Positions 18,866-28,245 of a stretch of 52,328 nt of DNA are shown piece after piece. The notes under the pieces are model-generated. The model saw only the letters and a program-made list of their open reading frames with translations. It was not told the DNA's origin and did not search any database. The translations under genes and the position numbers were made by a program. Source of the DNA: Thermomicrobiales bacterium (GTDB taxonomy: Bacteria > Chloroflexota > Chloroflexia > Thermomicrobiales > CADCWN01); contig JAUJMV010000033.1 of the NCBI GenBank assembly GCA_030446685.1, forward strand, positions 1 through 52,328, given 5' to 3'. The first letter of the stretch is position 1; the number at the start of each line of letters is the position of its first letter.

Positions 18866-20101
18866 TTACCGACGCCGGGCGGCGGGGTTGTCGCCGTCCC
18901 CGCCGTCGCCGTCGCGCCCGCCGGAGGCGGGGATCGCGGCCAGCGCGGGGCGGTCTTCGCGGATCCGGCGGGCCAGGTGGCGGACGATCCGGGCGGGCGT
19001 GACGACGCCGATCGCGGGCGCGCCGGCCGCCGGGTCGGCGACGACGAGCGCGCAGGCGTGCCGCCCGGCGGAGAGTTGCGCCAGCGCCGCGCCGAGGGGC
19101 AGATCCTCCGGGAGCGCCGGGACGCGGTCCAGCGGCAGCATCGCCTGACCGGCGGTGGTCAGGGGCCAGCGCGACCGCTTGACGGCGCGGATCTGGTCCA
19201 GGCCGAGGACGCCGACGACCCGGTCGCGGTCGTCCACCACCAGGCTCGGACCGCCCTCGTTGCGCTGCCCGAGCCCTTCCAGCACGTCGCCGACCGCCTC
19301 GTCGAGGCCGCGCGCGGCGGGGATGCGGGGCGGGCGCAGGAAGGCCGCCTCGCCGGTCGGGATCCGCTTGCCCAGCTCCCGCCAGAGGAGGTCGCGGTAG
19401 CCGCGCCGCGCTTCGAGGCGCAGGAACCAGCCGCAGAGGACGAAGCCGGCCCCCCACAGCGGGCGCGCGTTCAGCCCCAGCAGCGCCCCGCCGCCGATCA
19501 GGCACCAGCCCAGACCCTGGCCGTAGAGCGAGGCGAGCCGGGTGGCGGCCAGCAGGTCGTCGGTGATGTACCAGAGGAGGGCGCGGAGGATGCGCCCGCC
19601 GTCGAGCGGGTAGCCGGGCAGGATGGCGAGGAGGGCGATCACGCCGTTCGCCAGCGCCAGCAGTTGCAGGACCAGCGCGCCGATCCCGCCGGCCCCGCGC
19701 GCCGCCCACCAGAGGCCGCCGAAGACCGCCGCCAGGCCGCCGCTGACGAGCGGGCCGGCAGTCCCGATCAGCGCCTCGCCGCGCGGGGAGAGGGCTTCGG
19801 CGTCGATCTCGACCGTGCCCCCGAAGAAGAACATCGTGATCCGCCGCACCGGCAGCGCGCAGCGGCGGGCGACGACGGCGTGGGCCAATTCGTGGAGCAG
19901 GACCGAGCCGAAGAGGCCGAGGGCGACGACCAGGCCGCCGAGGTAGAGGCGGAGGCGCGCGCCGTCGGACGGCGCGCCGACCAGGCCGGGCGGCGTCCCC
20001 CCGCCGACGGTGACGACGACGATCGCGATCGCCAGGAGCCAGCTCGGGTGGATTGTCAGCGGGATGCCGCAGAGGCGCGGCCCGCGCACCGAGCGCGCCA
20101 C
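18866..20101 (-). CDS. Site-2 protease (M50) with degenerate CBS pair
   Basis: IHPSW, HELAH, FFFGG, AGPLVS, PGYPLDGGRILRA; C-terminal VVDD...VGVL CBS-like region. Confidence 0.9.
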   Translation of the reverse strand: MARSVRGPRLCGIPLTIHPSWLLAIAIVVVTVGGGTPPGLVGAPSDGARLRLYLGGLVVALGLFGSVLLHELAHAVVARRCALPVRRITMFFFGGTVEIDAEALSPRGEALIGTAGPLVSGGLAAVFGGLWWAARGAGGIGALVLQLLALANGVIALLAILPGYPLDGGRILRALLWYITDDLLAATRLASLYGQGLGWCLIGGGALLGLNARPLWGAGFVLCGWFLRLEARRGYRDLLWRELGKRIPTGEAAFLRPPRIPAARGLDEAVGDVLEGLGQRNEGGPSLVVDDRDRVVGVLGLDQIRAVKRSRWPLTTAGQAMLPLDRVPALPEDLPLGAALAQLSAGRHACALVVADPAAGAPAIGVVTPARIVRHLARRIREDRPALAAIPASGGRDGDGGDGDNPAARRR

Positions 20102-20117
20102 GGTGACCTCGGGGGGC

Positions 20118-20224
20118 GAGTCGGGTAGTCGGGTAGTCGGCGAGTCGGCTAGAGGACGAAGGTCTCGCGAGCAGCCGCCCGGCTCGTCCGCGCCGACTAC
20201 CCGACTACCCGACTACCCGACTCG
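20118..20224. repeat. Inverted pair of short tandem 8-mer repeats (same unit as 4180-4283)
   Basis: gagtcgggtagtcgggtagtcggcgagtcgg versus ccgactacccgactacccgactacccgactcg. Confidence 0.75.
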
Positions 20225-20512
20225 TCAGAGGCGCTCGTAGCTTTCGAGATCGAGGACGAAGATGGTGGCGCCGGCGACCTGGACCGTGGGGCCGCCCTCG
20301 CTGCGCTGCGACCGGCTGTGCGTCTTCTGGCGGATGATGTCGATGACCACGTCCACCTGCGGGTCCTCGACGCCGATCATCATCGTGGTATGGCCGCGCC
20401 GCAGGAAGCCGCCGGTCGAGGCGAGGCGCGTCGTGCGGAACTCCACCTCCAGCAGGGCGTCGACCACGTCGTTCGCGTCATCGTTCTGCACGACAGCGAT
20501 AATCAGCTTCAT
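20225..20512 (-). CDS. darA: Cyclic-di-AMP receptor DarA/PstA (PII-like, YaaQ/DUF970)
   Basis: MKLIIAVVQ.DDA..., TRLASTGGFL..G.TT, GATIFVLD. Confidence 0.88.
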   Translation of the reverse strand: MKLIIAVVQNDDANDVVDALLEVEFRTTRLASTGGFLRRGHTTMMIGVEDPQVDVVIDIIRQKTHSRSQRSEGGPTVQVAGATIFVLDLESYERL

Positions 20513-20818
20513 CGGCTCCCCTCATCCCCCATCACCGTCCAGGCCGGCCGCGCACCGAGCACCCGCGCGCAAGAACGCAACCAGGTCTTTCCAGGATGTC
20601 CCCCAGGCGGCAGTATAGGGGGCGCGGTTGGAGGCTGTCAAACGGCGGCGGGGCGGGGCCGGCGCGCAGGGCGCGCGCCGGCCGGCGGCGTGCGGTATTA
20701 TGCTACGCGCATCGCGCGATCGGCGCGCTGCCGGGGACGCCCGGATGCCGCGGCGGGTCGGTGCGACCGTTGCCGGCCCAGGGGTGGGCGCGTTGGCGGA
20801 TTCGGCGGCGAGAGGGTG

Positions 20819-22156
20819 ATGGGGGAGTTGCTGATCGGCCGTCCGGCGCTGGTGATCGCGTTCGCCGCGCCGGTGGCCCTCGATGTCGGGCTGGCGCTAT
20901 CGCTGATCTACCGCGCGCGGCTGGCCCGGCCGGGCTACGAGGCGTTCGATCGCTGGGTCGAGGAGACGGCCGCGCGGCTGGCGCCCGACTTCGTCGCGGA
21001 GCTGCGCCTGCTGCTCGGGTTCTCGGGGCGGCGGCTCTACTTCGCCGAGGAGCTGATGATCGCCGCGGCCTCGCACGACAGCCGCGAGGGGGCCGAGTTC
21101 GCCCCGGTGCTGGACCGGCTGGCGGCGCTCGACGCGGAGGAGTACCGGCAGATGGCGGTGCGCGCCGTCGAGCAGGTCTACACCGACGCGCACGAGGCGT
21201 TCGAGCGGCCGGACCTCCCCGGCGAGTCGCCGGGTGACGTGGCGACGCGCGCGTCCTGGGCGCGCTTCGTCGCGCCGGCGCTGACGAGCGCGGCGGTGGA
21301 GGAGGCGGTCGCGCTGCTGCTGGCGCCGGAGGAGTTGCGCCGCCGGACGCTGGCGCTGCTGACCCGCTTCTGGGAGGACTATTACGCCGCGGAGTGTGCG
21401 GCGCAGGCCCCCGTGCGGGAGGCGGCGGTGGCGCGCGGGCGGGCGGCGGGGTTCCGCGATCTGCCGCGCGCGTTCGCGGAGATGACCGGGATGCGCCTGC
21501 CGGACGAGTTGAGCGGCCGGCAGAGCCTCAACCGGATCGCGCGGGTGATCTTCTGCCCCACCGCGCACCTGGCCCGCTACCTGTCCTATGTCGCCTACCC
21601 GCCGGAGTTGATCGTCTTCTTCGACGCCCGGCGCTCGGTGGACGCCGCCCCCGCGGCAGGCGGGCCGTCGGTGGCGGCCCCGCCCGCCGGGCTGGCCCCG
21701 GCCGTCGGCGACGAGGCGCTGATCCGGGCGTTGCGGGCGCTCGGCGACGAGACACGGCTGCGGATCGTGCGGATGCTGGCGGAGGAGGAGCTGTACGCGC
21801 AGGAGATCGTCGGTCGGCTCGGCACGATCTCGCAGTCGGCGGTTTCGCGGCACCTGGGCGTGCTGGAGGAGGCGGGGGTGATCGGCGTGCGCCCGGCGCG
21901 CGGGGTGAAGTACTACGCGCTCGATCGCGCGTGGCTCGGGGCGCTCGGCCTGCGGCTGGCGGTTGGCGGATACGAGCGTGGTGGCGGGTGCGGATACGGG
22001 CGTAGAAGGAAGCGGCCGCCGTTCCCGCCGATCGCCGGCGCCTTCCCGCCTACCCGGCGCGAACTCGCTCGGGCGCGGCGGGTGCTGTGCTGGTGGCACA
22101 GGACGTGCTACAATTACTGCACGGACAGTCAGGGCAGTAAACCGATTGCGCGGTGA
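20819..22156 (+). CDS. ArsR-family regulator with long N-terminal domain (true stop may be ~22005 if frameshifted)
   Basis: C-terminal LRALGDETRLRIV...ISQSAVSRHL..L...G.I...YY winged HTH; the tail after ~21960 looks non-coding. Confidence 0.85.
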   Translation: MGELLIGRPALVIAFAAPVALDVGLALSLIYRARLARPGYEAFDRWVEETAARLAPDFVAELRLLLGFSGRRLYFAEELMIAAASHDSREGAEFAPVLDRLAALDAEEYRQMAVRAVEQVYTDAHEAFERPDLPGESPGDVATRASWARFVAPALTSAAVEEAVALLLAPEELRRRTLALLTRFWEDYYAAECAAQAPVREAAVARGRAAGFRDLPRAFAEMTGMRLPDELSGRQSLNRIARVIFCPTAHLARYLSYVAYPPELIVFFDARRSVDAAPAAGGPSVAAPPAGLAPAVGDEALIRALRALGDETRLRIVRMLAEEELYAQEIVGRLGTISQSAVSRHLGVLEEAGVIGVRPARGVKYYALDRAWLGALGLRLAVGGYERGGGCGYGRRRKRPPFPPIAGAFPPTRRELARARRVLCWWHRTCYNYCTDSQGSKPIAR

Positions 22157-22450
22157 CTCTGCTCGCTGCCGGGCGGGCGTAACGCCGCCGGTGGTTCAGG
22201 CGTCCGTGTGTAACAAGAGGCCCATCGCGACCCGCCCACCCGGGCGGTACCCCGGTCGCGGGGCGTGCAGACCTCAGGTTCTGCCTCATGGAACGGGGGT
22301 GTCGACCGGTCACTGTTGCCCGGGACCCGGCGCCCCGACCTCCAACACACTCCTCTGCAACGTCCGGCTCGGGCCGCGGCTGGACGGAACCCCAGGATGG
22401 GTAGCGGCTCATCCCGACAGGGCCGGCGCATCGCGCCGGCCCTGCTCGCG
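22121..22450 (+). ncRNA. Candidate ~325-nt structured non-coding RNA (family unidentified)
   Basis: Extended -10 TGcTACAAT at 22106-22114, multiple helices, terminal 12-bp hairpin 22418-22444, no credible ORF. Confidence 0.45.
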
Positions 22451-22583
22451 TCCTCGGGGCGGTGTGGTTGGCGGCGCCGATGGGGGGGACGGGCGGCCGG
22501 GTGCGGCGGGGGGCAACGGGTGGCGGGGTGCGACGGGTTTCAACCGGCGGTCACTGTCACGTTCGCCTCCTGCCCTTCCGACC

Positions 22584-23027
22584 TCAGCCCTCGAACTGGC
22601 GGCCCTCGAACTCGGCGAAGCGGGCGCGCAGCTCGTCGGGGATCGGGATGGGGCGGCCGGCGGCGTAGTCGTACATCACCTGGACGCTGCGCCCGGTGGC
22701 GATCAGCCGGCCGCCGGTCCGTTCGTTGATGCGGTACGCGTAGTCGAAGCTGGAGCGGCCGAGCCGGGTCGCCTTGAGCCAGACATCGAGCCGCTCGTTG
22801 AAGGTCGCGGGCGAGCGGTAGGTGCAGGTCGTCTCGGCGAGGATCTGGTCGAGGTCGCGCAGTTCGGACGAGCCGGTCATGGCGGCCCAGTAGGCGGTGC
22901 GCGCGATCTCGAAGTAGGTCAGGTAGACCGCGTTGTTGACGTGGTTCATCGGGTCGAGGTCGCGGAAGCGCACCTGCACCTCCGCCTTGAACCGGAAGCC
23001 GTCGTTGTCTGCCTGGGCCTCGTCCAC
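22584..23027 (-). CDS. Acyl-CoA thioesterase (4HBT/YbgC hotdog family)
   Basis: VRFRDLDPMNHVNNAVYLTYFE.AR, LGRSSF. Confidence 0.92.
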   Translation of the reverse strand: MDEAQADNDGFRFKAEVQVRFRDLDPMNHVNNAVYLTYFEIARTAYWAAMTGSSELRDLDQILAETTCTYRSPATFNERLDVWLKATRLGRSSFDYAYRINERTGGRLIATGRSVQVMYDYAAGRPIPIPDELRARFAEFEGRQFEG

Positions 23028-23042
23028 CGAATCCCCCCCTGG

Positions 23043-23138
23043 CGAGCGACGAGCGACGAGCGACGAGCGACGAACAGGACGGCAAGTTATGGGCCAAGAC
23101 CCCGCCCGCCGCGCATCGTTCGTCGCGCGTCGCTCGTC
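23043..23138. repeat. Inverted pair of short tandem 7-mer repeats (CGAGCGA)
   Basis: (cgagcga)4 at 23043-23072 versus tcgttcgtcgcgcgtcgctcgtc at 23116-23138. Confidence 0.7.
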
Positions 23139-25107
23139 AGCGGTAGGACGCGGCTTGCAGGTTGAAGAGCTCGGCGTAGCGGCCGTTCTGGAGTAGCAGT
23201 TCGTCGTGGCTGCCGTTCTCGATGATCGCGCCCCCTTCGAGCACCATGATCCGGTCGGCGAGGCGCACGGTGGAGAAGCGGTGCGAGATGAAGAGGGCGG
23301 TCTTGCCGACCGTCAGCTCCTTCATCCGCGCGAAGATCTCGTACTCGGCCTGGGCGTCGAGGGCGGCGGTCGGCTCGTCGAGGATCAGGATCTGTGCGTC
23401 GCGCATGAAGGCGCGGGCGAGGGCGATCTTCTGCCACTCGCCGCCGGAGAGCTGGTGGCCCTGGTCGAACCATTTGCCGAGGGTCGTGTCGTAGCCCTCC
23501 GGCAGGCGCGCGACGACCGCGTCCGCGCCGCTCTGCGCCGCCGAGGCGGTGATCCGTTCGAGGTTCGCCAACTCCTCTAGCCGCCCGACGGCAATGTTCT
23601 CCCGCGCGCTGAGGTAATAGGTGACATAATCTTGGAAAATCACCCCGATCTCGCGGCGCAGCGCGGCGGGATCGTAGTCGCGGATGTCGACGCCGTCGAT
23701 CAGGATCTGGCCCGCGTCGGGGTCGTAGAGGCGGGTGAGGAGTTTCACGATCGTCGTCTTGCCCGCGCCGTTGCGCCCGACCAGCGCGATCGTCTCGCCG
23801 GGCGCGACCGTGAAGGAGACGTCCCTGAGGGCCGGCTCGTCGCGGCCGGGGTAGGTGTAGCTGACGTTGCGGAACTCGATCCCCCAGGTGAAGCGTGCCG
23901 CGACCGGCACGGGGCGCTCGGGGGCGCGGATGCGCGGCTCGAAGGCCAGCAGGTCGAAGAGGGTGTTGAGGTAGAGGGTGTGCTCGTACATCGAGGCGAA
24001 GCCGTTGAGCAGGCCCTGGAAGTTGCCCTGCACCTGCTGCGCGGCCTGGGTGAAGACGACCAGCCCGGCGATGTCGATCCGCCCGCGCACCGCCTGGAGG
24101 GCGACGTAGAGGTAGGTGGCGCTGGTGGTGAGGGTGGTCAGCATGCCCCAGCCGAACCCGGCGGTGTAGCGGCGCACCAGCAGCCGCTGGTTCTCACCGA
24201 TGAACTTGTGGGCGAGGCGGCGGTAGCGGTCGACGAAGAAGTCGCCGAGGGTGAAGAGCTTGATTTCCTTGTTGTAGGTGTCGGTCGTCAGCAGGTTGGT
24301 CAGGTAGCCCATCAGCCGGCGCTCGGGCGACTGCCGGCGCATCTGCTGGTAGCCCTGCCAGCCGTAGCGGGTGGAGGCGATGAAGGCCGGGATCGGCGAG
24401 AGGAGCGCGGCGACCGCCAGGAGCGGCCCGAGCCGCACCAGCAGCGCGATCATCGTCAGGAAGGTGATGCCGGTGCGGAGCAGGCCGAAGACGCCGGAGA
24501 CCATGCTGACCGGGCGGAACGCCGCCTCGCGCTGGGCCTGCTGGAGCTGGTCGTAGTACTTGGCGTCCTCGAAGAAGCTGAGGTCGAGGCCGTTGGCGTG
24601 CTCCATGATCATCAGCTGGATCTTGTTGGCGGTGCGGTCCTGCAGCAGTTGCTGGCTGATGTTCTGGAGCGTGGAGAGTAGGCTGCCGCCCGCCAGCAGC
24701 GCGAACTGGATCAGCGCCAGCCAGACGATCCGGCGGATCGCCGCGTCATTCCCGCCGGCCTGGACGCCCTCGACGACCGCCTGGAGCAACTGGCCGGCGA
24801 TCCAGACCTGCGCGGCGGGCAGGGCGCTCTGGAGGAGGGTGACCAGGCCGAGCGCCAGGGTGAAGCCGCGGTGCGTCTCCCAGACGAGGCGCAGCACGCG
24901 CGGCACGCCGCTCAGCGAGGCGCGGAAGTTGCGCCGCAGCTCCTGCAGCGTCTTGCGCAGCCCCGGCGCCTCCTCCGGCCCCTCCGGCGCCCCGCCCGCG
25001 CCGTTGGGCGCCAAGCGCCGCTGCTCGCGGGGGCTGAGGCCGAATGACTCCCCGCCGCGCCGGCCGTTGCCGTTCCTGTCCGTGTTGCCCGGTCCCTGTT
25101 GCAGCAT
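23137..25107 (-). CDS. ABC exporter, fused permease + ATP-binding protein
   Basis: ATG at 25107; TM domain; GRNGAGKTT Walker A, LSGGEWQK signature, ILDEPT Walker B, ISHR. Confidence 0.93.
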   Translation of the reverse strand: MLQQGPGNTDRNGNGRRGGESFGLSPREQRRLAPNGAGGAPEGPEEAPGLRKTLQELRRNFRASLSGVPRVLRLVWETHRGFTLALGLVTLLQSALPAAQVWIAGQLLQAVVEGVQAGGNDAAIRRIVWLALIQFALLAGGSLLSTLQNISQQLLQDRTANKIQLMIMEHANGLDLSFFEDAKYYDQLQQAQREAAFRPVSMVSGVFGLLRTGITFLTMIALLVRLGPLLAVAALLSPIPAFIASTRYGWQGYQQMRRQSPERRLMGYLTNLLTTDTYNKEIKLFTLGDFFVDRYRRLAHKFIGENQRLLVRRYTAGFGWGMLTTLTTSATYLYVALQAVRGRIDIAGLVVFTQAAQQVQGNFQGLLNGFASMYEHTLYLNTLFDLLAFEPRIRAPERPVPVAARFTWGIEFRNVSYTYPGRDEPALRDVSFTVAPGETIALVGRNGAGKTTIVKLLTRLYDPDAGQILIDGVDIRDYDPAALRREIGVIFQDYVTYYLSARENIAVGRLEELANLERITASAAQSGADAVVARLPEGYDTTLGKWFDQGHQLSGGEWQKIALARAFMRDAQILILDEPTAALDAQAEYEIFARMKELTVGKTALFISHRFSTVRLADRIMVLEGGAIIENGSHDELLLQNGRYAELFNLQAASYR

Positions 25108-25498
25108 CCTCACCGCCGTTCGTCGTGTCGTCGGCCGGGGTTGGCGGTGTCCCGCGGTGCGTCGCTCCACGCGCTCGGGCAGACCGTCCGCGGCTCGTTG
25201 GTGCGGGGGCGCCGATCCACCCCCCGTGAACAAGTGTAACAAGTGCGGCGATCGTTGTGACCGCCTGTTCGGGTAGGGGGGCGGCGGTGGAACGGGTGGG
25301 GCGCGGGGCGTAGGGTGTGGGGCGTCAGGGGCTGTGGCCTGACTACCGGCGCGTGGCTCTCGGCCACGCTTTCCAGCGATTTTCGTAATGGTTGAGCAAG
25401 TCCCCGGGCAGGGTTTTGGGCGTTCACACCCGCAAGCGGGTACCCGACGCCCCGACGGATCGGCGTTGGCCCGTAGCGCAACCTGCCCGCGAACCGCT

Positions 25499-26956
25499 CT
25501 AGGCTCCACGCCCCCGGCTCTCCGCCCAGAAATCGCGCTCGCGCCGGCCGCCGGGCCAGGGCGGGATGGCGCGGGTGAAGGCTTCTGTTGCCGGCCAGGC
25601 GGCGGCGGAGGGCCGGGCGGAGGGCGAGCAGCCGCGCCTGCGGGCCGAGCTGGCTGCGGTGGCAGCGCCAGGCGGCGTCCTTGCGCGCCAGGTAGGGGCC
25701 GCTGCCGATGACCGTGGTGACTGGCGTCAGGCGGTGGAGGGCGCGCACGAGGTTGACGTCGCCGTTTTCGCCGAAGCGGCGCGGGTTTCGGCCGGAGAGG
25801 CGGATAACGACGAGGGCAAGTCGGAGTAGGGCCGGCCCGACCGTCCCGTAGTACAGCTTCGCGGGCGTTCGGGGGCCAGCCCTGCCGCAACCTGCTCCGG
25901 GTACTGGGCCGGATTGCCGGCCGCATGGAAGGCGGCGAGTGCCGTCTCGTGGACGCGGATGTGGTCCGGGTGCCCGTAGCCGCCGTAGGGCGGGAAGGTG
26001 AGGACGACCTGCGGGCGCAGCGCGCGGATGATCGCGACGATCTGGCCGGTGACGCGCGCGGGCGGGGCCTGGACGAGCGCGTGGGGGCGCCGGTTGTCCG
26101 GGGTGCCCGGCATGCCGGAATCGCGGTGGCCGAGGAAGTGGACGCCGGCCAGCCCGAGGGCGTCCGCGGCGCAGAGGAGTTCGCCCGTGCGCAGCGCGGC
26201 GCCGCTCTCCCCTGCGGCCAGCAGCGCGGGGTCGACCGTGCCGCACTCGCCGCGCGTGGCGCAGGCGTAGTGGACCGCGACCCCCTCGGCGCCGTAGCGC
26301 GCCAGCGTGCCGCCGCTGCCGAAGCTCTCGTCGTCCGGGTGCGCGAGGACGACGAGCAGGGTGCGCGCCGCCGGCCCCGGCTTCAACCAGTGGGAGGCGA
26401 TCCCGTAGGGTCTCAGATCGGGGCGCGGGGCGTCGGTTGTCCGCGCGCCGTGGGCAGCGGCGCCACCTGGCTCGCCCGCCTCGCGCCGCATGATCGCGAG
26501 ATCCCCCAGGCCGCGGAACACCGTCGCCCCGGCGATCCTCGCCGCCCGGTGAACCCGGCGGAAGTAGGGCGGCAGCGCCGCCGGCCCAACATGGCGGAAG
26601 CCGAAGCGGGTGTAGTAGCCCGCGAGGGGACCGGCGCACATCAGATAGAGCGGGCCGGTCTCGCGCGCGAGCAGCGCGCGGACGAGCGCGGCGCCGATCC
26701 CCGCGCCCTGCCGGCCCGGGACCACCGCGAGCGAGGCCAGCTCGCGGCTGCCGTCGCGGTGCGGCTTGACCTGCGCCACCCCGACGATCCGCGCGCCCGC
26801 TTCCGGGTCGACCGCGACCAGGAAACGCCGCCAGTCCAGCCCGGTCGGGTTGAGGCGCGCGGCGAGGACGAGCGCGCGGATGGCCGGTTGGTCGGCGGCG
26901 GTGGCGGGGCGGATCGGTGCTGCGTGCTGCGTGCTGCGTGCTGAGTCGGGCTTCAC
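25499..26956 (-). CDS. GNAT acetyltransferase fused to PIG-L/MshB-type deacetylase (3' frameshifts near ~25875 and ~25590; start uncertain)
   Basis: GNAT: ELASLAV.P..QGAGIGAALV, YYTRFGF; in-frame deacetylase: AHPDDE, ATRGE, RDSGM, GGYGHPDH, KLYY, CHRSQ. Confidence 0.8.
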
Positions 26957-27008
26957 TGGAACACCACAAGTGATGGATAGGCCATGCATCGCTCAGCACT
27001 CGGCACTC

Positions 27009-28181
27009 TTACCAGAGTCGGGTCGGGAAGCCGGTGATGACCTCGGGGGCGCCGTCGGTGACGATGATCTCCTGCTCGATCGCGCAGCCGATCCGCCCTG
27101 GGATGGCGATGCTCGGCTCGACGCAGAGGACCATGCCGGGGCGCAACTCCTCGGCGCCGCCCGCGCTCAGGTAGGGCTCCTCGACCGTCTCCAGGCCGAT
27201 CGCGTGCCCCGCGCCGCTCGGAGCCAGGGCGGGGAAGCCGGCGTCGATCACCGCGCGCCGCCCCGCCTCGACGACCGCGCCGAGGGTAGCCCCGGCGCGC
27301 GTGGCGGTGACCGCTGCCTCGGTCGCGGCGTGCCCGGCCTCCAGGAAGCGCCGGTCCTCGTCCGCGAGGGCCGCGCCGCCGCCGACGACCGTGGTGCGGT
27401 TCACGTCGAAGGCGTAGCCGCGGTAGGCGCCGATGATGTCGAGGACGACGACATCGCCCGCTTGCATGACGCGCTCGGTCGCCTGGGGCCAGCGCGAGCC
27501 GCCGCCCGACCAGGGGCCGGAGTGGACCCGCAGGTAACGCACGAAGTCGGCGCCGGCGGCGAGGGCGGCGGCGGTGCCGGCGGCGCAGACCTCCTGCTCG
27601 GTCGCGCCGGGCCGGATCGTGTCCATGACCGCCCGCAGCCCGACCCCGGCGATCTCGGCCGCGCGGCGCAACAGCCGCTGCTCGTCGGGGCTCTTGATCG
27701 AGCGCAGCCGGTGCAGCAAGTCCTCCGCGCGCTGGAGAGTCAGTTGGGGGAGCGCCGCCGCCAGGTCGCGGTAGAGGGCCAGCGGCAGGATGTCCTCGCC
27801 GGCCAGGCCGACCGTGGCGGTCGCCAACCCGCGCTCGCGCAGGGCGCCGGCCAGCGCCGCGACGAGATCGTTGTCGAGGCGGATGTCGGGCAGGGCGGTG
27901 ATCAGGTCGCGCCGGTAGCCGCGGCCGTCCACCAGCAGCGTCGGCTCGCCGTCGGCCGGCACCAGCGCCAGAGCGTGTCCGAGGCCGCGCGCCGGCCCGC
28001 TGAAGACGCTGTTGGGGAAGGGCGGGAAGTGGCCGGTGAGGTAGGCGACCGGGCCGGGCCGGTCGTAGAACGAACTGCCGACCGCGAGGAGGGCGGGGAG
28101 ACCCCGCTGCCGCAGGGCCGCTTGCAGGCGGGCGATGCGGGCGCGGATCTCGTCCTGGGTGATGCCGCCGGTGGTCTCCAT
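27009..28181 (-). CDS. M24 family Xaa-Pro peptidase
   Basis: Creatinase-like N domain; RSIKS, metal ligands LD...D.NRT, GHAIG, VEP, IEQ. Confidence 0.9.
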   Translation of the reverse strand: METTGGITQDEIRARIARLQAALRQRGLPALLAVGSSFYDRPGPVAYLTGHFPPFPNSVFSGPARGLGHALALVPADGEPTLLVDGRGYRRDLITALPDIRLDNDLVAALAGALRERGLATATVGLAGEDILPLALYRDLAAALPQLTLQRAEDLLHRLRSIKSPDEQRLLRRAAEIAGVGLRAVMDTIRPGATEQEVCAAGTAAALAAGADFVRYLRVHSGPWSGGGSRWPQATERVMQAGDVVVLDIIGAYRGYAFDVNRTTVVGGGAALADEDRRFLEAGHAATEAAVTATRAGATLGAVVEAGRRAVIDAGFPALAPSGAGHAIGLETVEEPYLSAGGAEELRPGMVLCVEPSIAIPGRIGCAIEQEIIVTDGAPEVITGFPTRLW

Positions 28182-28245
28182 CGCTGCCTCCTGGTGTGTT
28201 CGCGCGCGGCGCCGCCGGGGGGCCGCCGGCTACCGCCGCCCTCCA

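Noticed and set aside
22285-22320. GTCACTGT segment as a cobalamin riboswitch
   Set aside because: Lacks the GGGAA-GGTG-AA-TCC core and has no downstream gene on that strand.
22385-22415. Minus-strand GAGCCG...GGTTC as group II intron domain V
   Set aside because: Too short for the ~34-nt domain V hairpin, the stem does not pair properly, and no RT ORF is nearby.
4180-23138. Short tandem repeats as a CRISPR array
   Set aside because: Units are 7-8 bp with no unique spacers, and no cas genes are present.
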